Positions 39,601-46,985 of a stretch of 64,000 bases of DNA are shown here, piece by piece. The position numbers were made by a program, and so were the translations under genes. Source of the stretch: an uncultured Gemmatimonadales bacterium. Its GTDB lineage: Bacteria > Gemmatimonadota > Gemmatimonadetes > Longimicrobiales > RSA9. A model generated the notes under the pieces. The model worked only from the letters and a program-made list of their open reading frames with translations, was not told the DNA's origin and did no database searches. Position 1 is the stretch's first letter. Every line of letters starts with the position of its first letter. Location: NCBI GenBank assembly GCA_963708135.1, contig OY970192.1:2208001-2272000 (forward strand), written 5' to 3'.

Positions 39601-39821
39601 AGGCGGCGGTCCTGCGGCTGAGGCCGATCATGATGACGGCGCTCGTGGCCGCGTTGGGGCTGCTGCCGGCCGCGCTCTCCACGGGCGTCGGCTCGGACTC
39701 GCAGCGCCCCTTCGCCATCGTGATCGTGGGCGGGCTGTTCAGCCGGCTGCTGATCAGCGTCTTCCTCATGCCCGTGCTGTATCAGATGGTCGCGCGCGAG
39801 GGAGACAGGCTTAAGGTCTGA
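36669..39821 (+). CDS. CusA/CzcA family heavy-metal RND efflux transporter
   Basis: LPVDAYPD, EEVERLITVPLE, TM4 GAIDFGILVDGAVFMVEN (CzcA-like), MPKLDEG, RLRPIMMTA, QRPFAIVIVGG. Confidence 0.93.
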   Translation: MSGHAVLPPAELAEQEELQAEKEASFVNRIVRTALDQPVLVVLLAALLTGAGLWSLTRLPVDAYPDLSPPLVEITTQWPGHAAEEVERLITVPLEVEMNGLPGLKVIRSVSLYGLSSIRLTFTDATDSYFARQQAFERLPDAELPDGVSPGIDPLFSPSGLVYRYVLDSPDRSPMQLKNLNDWVIGRAYKSVPGVADESGLGGETMQYQVLLDPARVAGAGLTVQNVMDALGANNSNAGGGFYSEGGQFFYVRGLGRLKTLEDIGNVVVSVHDGIPVLVKDVGRIVVGHAPRLGQFGFNDRDDAVEGVILMRKGEQTQTVLKGVEARTRLLNEKILPKDVRIHPFYDRSDLVKLTEHTVADNLLRGILLVLVVLVFFLWDIRSGLIVTAAIPGALLFAFIFLDLRHIPANLLSIGAIDFGILVDGAVFMVENIFRQLAAREGTDYDIRHVIAAAAAEVDRPILYSIAVIVAGFLPIYVLSGPSGRLFKPMADTTIFALIGALLVTLTVLPVLCSLLMRGGVRERVNPAFEWSKRQYARGLQWSLARPWPVVIGSTAIFVASLLLLRVIGAEFMPKLDEGALWVRATMPYTISFDESSKIVPQVRAILRSFPEVTDVGSEHGRPDDGTDPTGFFNAEFYVGLKPYDQWKGPYHKKQQLIDAVASKLSVFPGITFNFTQPAEDAVDEAETGLKSALDVKIFGPDLNVLERSAKQVKLAMQKVPGINHVIVVEELGQPSLTITPNRAAMARYGVSVDDMNNLINAAVGGATATSVQQGERLYDLVVRLGPEYRGNPDQIGNILVPTPDGQQVPLHELATLDVSSGASFIYRQDNARFIGVQFAVEGRDLASAVQDAQRTVAEAVKLPPGYRAVWGGEYSEYTASRHQLVVVLPLTILAIFLLLFALYGNFKFPFITVVGVILSAPVGGLLALLVTRTPFSVSSGIGFLALFGVSVQTAVVYISYANELRKGGYDITLATVEAAVLRLRPIMMTALVAALGLLPAALSTGVGSDSQRPFAIVIVGGLFSRLLISVFLMPVLYQMVAREGDRLKV

Positions 39822-39914
39822 GGCCGGCCCGCCTTCGGGCGCCGACTGGCGGGGCGGCGCAGCGAGCGGCGCCGCGCGCGAAGACGGGCCGGGCCGTCCG
39901 CGCCGGCCGCACGC

Positions 39915-40415
39915 TCAGCCGCGCTCGGCCCTGATCACGCTGATCTGGCCATCCGGCTCGAGGTACGCCTCCTCGACCTGGTCCAGGGAATTCACCCCGT
40001 GCAGCCGCAGCTGCTCCCTGACCTGCTGTCGCGTCAGGAACTCGCTGGCGAGGTTCTCGTAGAGGATCCGGCCGTCCGCCACGATCAGCTTCGGCCGCGC
40101 GCGCAGCAGCCGCCGGAAGAGGCGGCTCCTGAAGGCGAGGAAGTTCAGGAACCAGTTCCAGAAGATGAGCACCGCCGCCGCAACGAGCGCGTCACCCACC
40201 GTGTTGAAGTTGCCGACGAGTCCCCGCCGCACCGTGCTGGCCAGCAGCACCAGGACCAGCATGTCCGAGACCCCGATCCGCCCCGCCTCCCGGCGCAGGA
40301 TCGTGCGGAAGACGAGGTAGAGGAGCAGATAGATGAACGACACCCGCACGATGTGCTCGAGCAGGGGCTCACGCGGCCAGAAGAAGCTCGCCCAGTCGTG
40401 CGGGATGATCGGCAT
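39915..40415 (-). CDS. DUF421/YetF family membrane protein
   Basis: Three TM segments, P.LIVADGRI..NL, LRLHGV..L.QV..AYLEPDGQISVI; GGAGG ribosome-binding site. Confidence 0.85.
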   Translation of the reverse strand: MPIIPHDWASFFWPREPLLEHIVRVSFIYLLLYLVFRTILRREAGRIGVSDMLVLVLLASTVRRGLVGNFNTVGDALVAAAVLIFWNWFLNFLAFRSRLFRRLLRARPKLIVADGRILYENLASEFLTRQQVREQLRLHGVNSLDQVEEAYLEPDGQISVIRAERG

Positions 40416-40482
40416 ACGCCTCCGTTTCTCTGCGCTGCCGCCGTGGGAATGAAGGAATTGTGCCGCGGGGCGAGGCGGGGTT

Positions 40483-40800
40483 GGGAGAGTGGGAGAGTGG
40501 GAGACCGGGCGACGTTCGCGGGGGCCGCTGCTCACCGGGCCATCCGGCTGCCGGGCGTCGCTTTTCCGGGCGGTGCCCGCTCGCCGACGCGGCGCGAACC
40601 CGCGCTGGGTGGGGGACCGGCGGGGGCGGGACCGGCGCGGCGCGGAACCGGCGCGGCGCGGGAACGCCCGGCGCGGGACCGGCACGGCGCGGGACCGGCG
40701 GGACGCGGCACCGGCGCGGCGCGGGAACGGCGCTGCGCCCGGCACCGGTCCGGGCCCGCGACGCCCGCCGCATCCCCCACTCTCCCACTCCCCCACTCTC
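40483..40800. repeat. Composite intergenic repeat: inverted (GGGAGAGT)n / (ACTCTCCC)n arrays flanking a ~16-bp minisatellite
   Basis: GGGAGAGT x~3 at 40483-40504; about 9 degenerate CGGGACCGGCGCGGCG units at ~40612-40755; CCCACTCT-type x~3 at 40775-40800. Confidence 0.75.
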
Positions 40801-40818
40801 GCGCCGCAGGCGCCCGCC

Positions 40819-42456
40819 CTACCCTCCCGCCGCCCGCTCCCGCGCAGCGCGGCCGCCCGGCAGCCGGAGGATGGTATCATGCAGGCAGCGGGAGTCGTCG
40901 CGTTCCGGGTGGTCCGTGGTGTAGTGCAGGCCGCGGCTCTCCCGCCTCGAGCGGGCGGAGCGGACGATCAGGAGCGCCGTCTGGACGAGGTTCCGCAGCT
41001 CGACGAGCGAGGCCGTGAGCGGAGCCCGCGCGTACTCCTCCTCGACGCGGCGCCGCAGTCGCACGATCCGCCGCTCCGCGCGCGCGAGGCGGGCGTCCCT
41101 GCGCACGATCCCGGCATCCTCCCACATCCAGCCGCGCAGCTCATCGGCCCAGGCGGCCAGGCGCGCCTCGGCTTCGGGATCGGCCGGGCCGCGCAGCCGG
41201 GGCGGCGACGGCGCCGCCGCATCCACGGCGCGCACGTGCAGCTCCCCGGCCACCTTCTCCGCCGCGCGGTGGCTGAAGACCAGCGCCTCGAGCAGCGAGT
41301 TCGAGGCGAGCCGGTTCGCGCCGTGCACCCCGGTGCACGCCACCTCGCCGACGGCGTAGAGTCCCGCGAGCGAGCTGCGCCCGTGCACGTCCGTGCGCAC
41401 GCCGCCACACGCGTAGTGGGCCGCGGGCACGACCGGGATCGGGTCCGCCGGGAGCGAGATCCCGCGCGCGGCGCATTCCGCGGCGATCATCGGGAAGTGC
41501 GCCTCCACGACGTCCGGCGGGATCGCCGAGAGGTCCAGCAGCACGTAGGGGTCGGCGGTCGTCTTGAGCGAGGCGTCGATCGCGCGCGCCACCACGTCGC
41601 GGGTGGCCAGCGAGCCGCCCGCCACGCCCTCCATGAGCGGCGTGCCGTCCATCCGGCGCAGCACGGCGCCCTCGCCGCGCACGGCCTCCGAGATCAGGAA
41701 GGCGCGGTCCTCCGCCGGGTAGAGCGCGGTGGGGTGGAACTGCACGAACTCGAGGTTGGCCACCTCGGCGCCCGCGCGGTAGGCCATGGCGACGCCGTCG
41801 CCGGTAGCGATGTCGGGGTTCGTCGTGTGACGATAGACCCGGCCCAGCCCGCCGCTCGCCAGCAGCGTCACGGCCGCGCGCACCTCGACCACGTCGCGCG
41901 TGTGCCGGTCGAGGACGAGCGCGCCGCCGCAGCGGCGCTCGCCGGTCCCTGGATCGGTGCCGACCAGGAAGTCGAGGGCGAGGCGGTCCTCGTAGAGGGT
42001 GGCGGCGCCCGTGGCGGCGAGCGCGTCGAGCAGCGCTCTCTCGATCTCGCGCCCCGTGGCGTCCGCGGCGTGCACGATGCGGCGGCGCGAGTGCCCGCCC
42101 TCGCGGCCGAGCGCGGGGCGGCCGGGCTCGCCCGAGAAGCGGGCGCCCCACGCCATCAGCTCGCGCACGCGGGCGGGGCCCTCCTCGACGAGCGCGGCGA
42201 CGGCATCCGCGTGGCAGAGGCCGGCGCCGGCGGCCAGCGTGTCGCGCACGTGGAGCGCGGGGCGGTCGTCCTCGCCCATGACGGCGGCAATGCCGCCCTG
42301 GGCGTAGTTGGTATTGGAGTCCGCGCGCCGCTTCTTGGTGATGAGCGCCACGCGCCCGGCACCGGCCGCCTGGAGCGCGAAGCTGAGCCCGCCGATGCCG
42401 CTGCCGATGACGAGGATGTCCACCTCCTCGACCGACGTGGTGCCGCGTGCGTCCAT
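40819..42456 (-). CDS. nadB: L-aspartate oxidase
   Basis: FAD motif IGSGIGG, NTNYAQGGIA, REGGHSRRRI.H, EFVQFHPT, LISEAVRGEG, AAHYACGG, HGANRLASNSLLE. Confidence 0.96.
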   Translation of the reverse strand: MDARGTTSVEEVDILVIGSGIGGLSFALQAAGAGRVALITKKRRADSNTNYAQGGIAAVMGEDDRPALHVRDTLAAGAGLCHADAVAALVEEGPARVRELMAWGARFSGEPGRPALGREGGHSRRRIVHAADATGREIERALLDALAATGAATLYEDRLALDFLVGTDPGTGERRCGGALVLDRHTRDVVEVRAAVTLLASGGLGRVYRHTTNPDIATGDGVAMAYRAGAEVANLEFVQFHPTALYPAEDRAFLISEAVRGEGAVLRRMDGTPLMEGVAGGSLATRDVVARAIDASLKTTADPYVLLDLSAIPPDVVEAHFPMIAAECAARGISLPADPIPVVPAAHYACGGVRTDVHGRSSLAGLYAVGEVACTGVHGANRLASNSLLEALVFSHRAAEKVAGELHVRAVDAAAPSPPRLRGPADPEAEARLAAWADELRGWMWEDAGIVRRDARLARAERRIVRLRRRVEEEYARAPLTASLVELRNLVQTALLIVRSARSRRESRGLHYTTDHPERDDSRCLHDTILRLPGGRAARERAAGG

Positions 42457-42461
42457 TCGGC

Positions 42462-43529
42462 TCAGCCGATCTCCAGCATGCGGTCGATCGAGCGGCGCGC
42501 ACGGACGCGGATCTCTTCGGGCACCTCGATCCTCCATCGGTCGTGGAGCAGCGAGTCGCGCACGTTCTCGAGCGTGATCTCGCTCATGTGCGGGCAGCGG
42601 AAGGAGCACAGCCGGACCATCTCCTTTTCCGGCGACTCGGCGATGATGTTGTCGGCCATGCTGCACTCGGTCAGCAGGAGGTAGCGCGGCGCGTCGGCCT
42701 CCCGCACGTAGCGGATCATGGCCGAGGTGCTGCCCGAGTAGTCGGAGGCCTCCACGACATCCGGCGGACATTCGGGGTGCGCCAGCACGACCACGTCGGG
42801 GAACTGCGCCCGCACGGCCGCCACATCCTCGACCGTGAAGCGGTCATGCACCTCGCAGCGGCCGCGCCAGCCCACGAGCTCGAGCTCCACGCCGTCCGCC
42901 AGCGCATCGGCCGCGCGCGCGTCCGTCACAGCCTCCAGCGTGGGGAAGACGATGCGCTTCCCGGTCTCCCGCGCGACGTTCCTCGCCAGGTACTCGTCAG
43001 GCAGGAAGATGATGGTGTCCGAGTCCAGTGCCTCGACCACGCGTACCGCGTTGCCCGACGTGCAGCACACGTCCGTCTCGGCCTTCACGTCCGCGTACGT
43101 GTTGATGTAGGTCACCACCGGCACGCCCGGGTAGCGCGCGCGCAGCCGGCGCACGTCCGCCGCCGTGATCGATGCCGCCAGCGAGCAGCCGCCGCGCTCC
43201 GACGGCAGCAGCACGGTGCGCTCGGGCGAGAGGATCTTGGCCGTCTCGGCCATGAAACGGACGCCGCAGAAGACGATCGGGTCACCCTGCGCTTCGGCGG
43301 CCACGCGCGAGAGCTCGAGCGAGTCGCCCACGTGGTCGCACACCGAGTGGTAGAGCGCCGGCTCCATGTAGTTGTGCCCGAGGATCACCGCGCCGCGCTC
43401 CGCCTTCAGGCGGTTGACCTCGACGGCCACCTCCGCCTTCCAGGCCAGCTCCGGCTCAGGGACCACGTCCCGCAGCCGCGCCACGAGCGCCTCGCGCATC
43501 TCCTCCACATCCGTCGTCCGGATCGCCAC
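42462..43529 (-). CDS. nadA: Quinolinate synthase
   Basis: ILGHNY, GDSLELS, CGVRFMAETAK, GCSLA, YINT, CEVH, AHPEC, GSTS, TECSM, CPHM. Confidence 0.96.
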   Translation of the reverse strand: MAIRTTDVEEMREALVARLRDVVPEPELAWKAEVAVEVNRLKAERGAVILGHNYMEPALYHSVCDHVGDSLELSRVAAEAQGDPIVFCGVRFMAETAKILSPERTVLLPSERGGCSLAASITAADVRRLRARYPGVPVVTYINTYADVKAETDVCCTSGNAVRVVEALDSDTIIFLPDEYLARNVARETGKRIVFPTLEAVTDARAADALADGVELELVGWRGRCEVHDRFTVEDVAAVRAQFPDVVVLAHPECPPDVVEASDYSGSTSAMIRYVREADAPRYLLLTECSMADNIIAESPEKEMVRLCSFRCPHMSEITLENVRDSLLHDRWRIEVPEEIRVRARRSIDRMLEIG

Positions 43530-43538
43530 GGTCCCGCC

Positions 43539-44420
43539 TCAGTCGATGAAGTCCAGCGCCGCGTCGAACGCCGGCGCCGAGTGGGTCAGCGCGCCCACGG
43601 AGATCAGGTCCACCCCGGTCTCCGCCACCGCGCGCACGGTGTCCAGCGTGATGCCGCCCGAGGCCTCCACGAGCGCCCGGCCGCCGACCTGTCGCACGGC
43701 CTCCCGCAGCACGTCCGGCGGCATGTTGTCGAGCAGCACCGCGTCCGGCGCGGCCGCGAGCGTCTCCGCCAGCTGCTCGAGCGCGTCCACCTCGATCTCG
43801 AGCCGCACCACGTGTGGCAGGCGACGCCGCGCCGCCCGCACCGCGTCGCCGAGCGCGATCCCCGACGCCGCCAGCGCCTCGCGGTGGTTGTCCTTGAGCA
43901 GCGCCGCGTCCGACAGATGGAAGCGGTGGTTGTGCCCACCGCCGCAACGCACCGCGTAGCGCTCGAGGAGCCGCAGCCCCGGCGTCGTCTTGCGCGTGTC
44001 CACGATTCGCGCCCCGGTGCCCTCCACGGCCCGGACGTAGCGCGCCGTGAGCGTGGCGATCCCCGAGAGCCGCTGCACGAAGTTCAGCGCCACCCGCTCC
44101 GCCGAGAGGAGCGCACGCGCCGCGCCACCCACCGTGAGCAGCACCGCGCCCGGCTCGACCGGGTCGCCGTCGGCGGCGTGCAGCTCGATCGCCGCAGCGG
44201 GCGCCAGCGCCTCGAACGCGAGCGCCGCCACGGGCAGCCCCGCCACGACGCCCGCCTGCCGCGCCACGAGCTTCGCCCGCGCGCGCACGCCCGCCGGGAC
44301 GAACGACTCCGTCGTGATGTCACCCCAGCCCAGGTCCTCGGCCAGCGCGCGCTCCACCAGCTTGCGCACCCGCGCCAGAGGCGGCAGCTGGATGCCTGCG
44401 ACTCCCTCTGTCAGCTCCAT
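43539..44420 (-). CDS. nadC: Nicotinate-nucleotide diphosphorylase (carboxylating)
   Basis: EDLGWGDITT, ERVALN, DTRKTTPG, NHRF.LSD..LLKDNH, EIEVD, LLDN, EASGGI, SVGALTHS. Confidence 0.96.
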   Translation of the reverse strand: MELTEGVAGIQLPPLARVRKLVERALAEDLGWGDITTESFVPAGVRARAKLVARQAGVVAGLPVAALAFEALAPAAAIELHAADGDPVEPGAVLLTVGGAARALLSAERVALNFVQRLSGIATLTARYVRAVEGTGARIVDTRKTTPGLRLLERYAVRCGGGHNHRFHLSDAALLKDNHREALAASGIALGDAVRAARRRLPHVVRLEIEVDALEQLAETLAAAPDAVLLDNMPPDVLREAVRQVGGRALVEASGGITLDTVRAVAETGVDLISVGALTHSAPAFDAALDFID

Positions 44421-44583
44421 GCCTCTACACGCCTCCGTCCGGCCTCCGAGGGGCGCGAAGTGTAGCCGCGGCGCCACGATGCCGCAACGGACCCGTATAC
44501 ACGCGAGCGGCGCAGAAGTGGCGGCCCCGTCCCCGCCGGAACGGCCCCGCGCGGAGCCTCCCCGTCGCCGAACCGCTCGCGCC

Positions 44584-45636
44584 TCAGTCGCCCGCGCCGG
44601 CGGTGTCGTAGCCCTTCACGCGATAGAGGACCGCGGAGCCGATCCAGGTGCCGACGAAGACGAGCACGACCAGCGCGCCGATCAGGCCGAAGCGGCCGTT
44701 CAGCGAGGCGATCGCGCTCCACACTCCGCCGTGCAGCCCGAGCTTCCCGGCCAGCAGCCCGAGCGCCTCGATGCCCCCCACAACGAGCGCCACCAGCACG
44801 GAGACGAACGTGATCGTCATGTTGTAGTAGAGCTTCCGGATCGGCTTCCGGAACGCCCAGCCGTACGCCCCCACCATGAGCACGTTGTCCGTCGTGTCCA
44901 CCAGCGACATGCCCGCCGTGAACAGTGCCGGGAACACCAGGATCGACCAGATCGACATCCCCCGCGCCGCGCCCACCGCCGAGATCCCGAGCAGCCCGAT
45001 CTCCGTCGCCGTGTCGAAGCCGAGCCCGAAGAGCAGCCCCAGCGGGTACATGTGCCAGCTGCGGCGGATCATGCCGAAGAGCGGGCGGAAGATGCGCGCG
45101 AGCAGGCCGCCGCCCGTGAGCAGCAGATCGAGGTCGGCCTCGTCGTGGCTGCCGCCGGCGCGGACCCGGCGGAAGGCGCGGTAGACGGAACCCAGGATCA
45201 CCAGGTTCATCACCGCGATCCCGAGCAGGAAAGCGGCCGAGACCAGCGTGCCGACCACGCTCGCCATCCCCCGCAGCCCCTCCAGCCGCGTGTTCAGCGC
45301 GAGCGCCGTGGCCGCGATCGCCACTGAGGCGAGCACCACCACGGTCGAGTGTCCGAGCGAGAAGAAGAAGCCCACCCCCACCGGCCTCTTCCCCTCCTGC
45401 ATCAGCTTGCGCGTGACGTTGTCGATCGCCGCGATGTGGTCGGCGTCGATGGCGTGCCGCAGCCCCAGCCCGTACGCCAGAAGCCCCGTGCCGAGGAGCA
45501 GCGGATAGTGGCGGAACGCCGAGAACGCCCACAGCCACGCCGCCAGGTTGCCCACCCCCAGCAGCCCGTACAGCGCTAGAACGCGGCCGCGCACATCGAC
45601 CGCGTCATCCCGCAGGATGCTCCCCATGGAGCGCAT
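44584..45636 (-). CDS. HoxN/HupN/NixA (NiCoT) nickel/cobalt permease
   Basis: Signature GLRHAIDADHIAAIDN, FFSLGHS, LFGLGFDTATE, KLYYN. Start is 45636 or 45627. Confidence 0.95.
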   Translation of the reverse strand: MRSMGSILRDDAVDVRGRVLALYGLLGVGNLAAWLWAFSAFRHYPLLLGTGLLAYGLGLRHAIDADHIAAIDNVTRKLMQEGKRPVGVGFFFSLGHSTVVVLASVAIAATALALNTRLEGLRGMASVVGTLVSAAFLLGIAVMNLVILGSVYRAFRRVRAGGSHDEADLDLLLTGGGLLARIFRPLFGMIRRSWHMYPLGLLFGLGFDTATEIGLLGISAVGAARGMSIWSILVFPALFTAGMSLVDTTDNVLMVGAYGWAFRKPIRKLYYNMTITFVSVLVALVVGGIEALGLLAGKLGLHGGVWSAIASLNGRFGLIGALVVLVFVGTWIGSAVLYRVKGYDTAGAGD

Positions 45637-45992
45637 CCGCCCCCCATCCCGTAGGCGACCGCCGCGGCGCCATGGAAGCTCGTGCGCTTTCCGCGGGCGG
45701 CGATCTCGTTGCGCGGGAAATCTAGCAGCCCCGCGCCCCTCGCGCCCCAGCACTACCGGCGCCAGCCGGACGCCCGAGCGTCAGAACCGTGCCCACCACT
45801 CCCGCGCCTGGCCGAGGTGCCACGGCCCGGGGTCGATCCGGCGCGTTCGAATCCCGGTTCGACTCCGCACGTTCGCCCGTCTGCTCCCGCTCGACGTAGC
45901 AGATCGTCGTTGACCGACCGGCTGCGAGCCATCACATTGGCGGTCCGGGCAGGAACTGCTACGGACCCCGCGGGAGCGATGGAGGGCCGAGG

Positions 45993-46985
45993 ATGGCGGG
46001 AGCGCACGAGCTGAGGGAGCAGCTGAGGCAGCGCGTGGTGAGTGGGCTGCACACGGGTCGCCTGCGTCGAGGGGATCGGCTGCCGAGCCTGCGGGAGGTG
46101 TCGCGGGAGCTGGGGGTGGATCATCGGGCGGTGGCGCGGGCGTACCGGGAGCTGGAGTCGGAGGGGTTGGTGCAGATCCGGGGCCGATCGGGGATCTACG
46201 TGGCGGGGCAGGAGCGCCTGGGAGGCGAGCTGCTGCAGGAGACGTGGCGCTGGCTGGCGGGGATGCTGACGGAGGCGTGGACGCGGCGGTGGACGCTGCC
46301 GGGGCTGCCGGAGATGGTGCGGCGGTGCACGGCGGCGCGGCGGCTGTCGTGCGCGTGTGTGGAGTCGAACGAGGACCAGCTGACGGCGCTCTGCGACGAG
46401 CTGCGGGAGGATTTCGGCCTGGACACCTACCGGGTGTGGGCGGATGCCGAGGGCCCGGCGCCGGAGCGGCTGGTGCCGCAGCTGGAGGGAGCGGACGTGG
46501 TGGTGGCGACGGCGTACCACGCGGTGGAGGCGGCGGCGGCGGCGGAGCGGCTGGGGCTGCCCTTCGTGCGGGCGCCGCTGAACCCGCACCTGGCGGAGAC
46601 GATCGAGCGGCGCCTGCGCTCGAAGCCGCTGACGTTCGTGATCGCGGACCGTCGCTTCGAGGAGCGGCTGGGGCTGATGTACCCGGCGCACGCCGAGCGG
46701 ATGCGCGTAGTGCTGGCGGAGCGGGTGGAGGAGGTGGCGGCGCTGGATGCGTGGGAGCCGGTGATCCTGACGCGCGCGGCGCGCAAGCGGCTGGGCGGGC
46801 TCGGGGAGATTCCGCTGCTCTACCCGCATTCGCCGTCGGTCTCGGCGGAGTGCGCGCGGGACCTTTTCGAGTGCATCGTCCGGCTGAACCTGGAGGTGCG
46901 GGTGCCCGGCGGCGGGGTGGGTGGCGCGTGGGCGCGCGTTGGCCCGGACCGTGCTGCCCTGAAGGAGGCCTTGCGACCCTCATGA
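45993..46985 (+). CDS. GntR family regulator (YtrA/PlmA-like HTH) with an extended C-terminal domain
   Basis: GDRLPSLREVSRELGVD..VARAYRELESEGLV..GRSGIYV; the stop overlaps the next ATG. Confidence 0.85.
   Translation: MAGAHELREQLRQRVVSGLHTGRLRRGDRLPSLREVSRELGVDHRAVARAYRELESEGLVQIRGRSGIYVAGQERLGGELLQETWRWLAGMLTEAWTRRWTLPGLPEMVRRCTAARRLSCACVESNEDQLTALCDELREDFGLDTYRVWADAEGPAPERLVPQLEGADVVVATAYHAVEAAAAAERLGLPFVRAPLNPHLAETIERRLRSKPLTFVIADRRFEERLGLMYPAHAERMRVVLAERVEEVAALDAWEPVILTRAARKRLGGLGEIPLLYPHSPSVSAECARDLFECIVRLNLEVRVPGGGVGGAWARVGPDRAALKEALRPS

Noticed and set aside
45831..45878. tRNA T-loop-like strings (GTTCGAATCC, GGTTCGACTCC) and repeated GTTC
   Set aside because: No cloverleaf can be built, and the GTTC spacings (8 and 10 nt) do not fit the GTTC-N7-GTTC LexA box.
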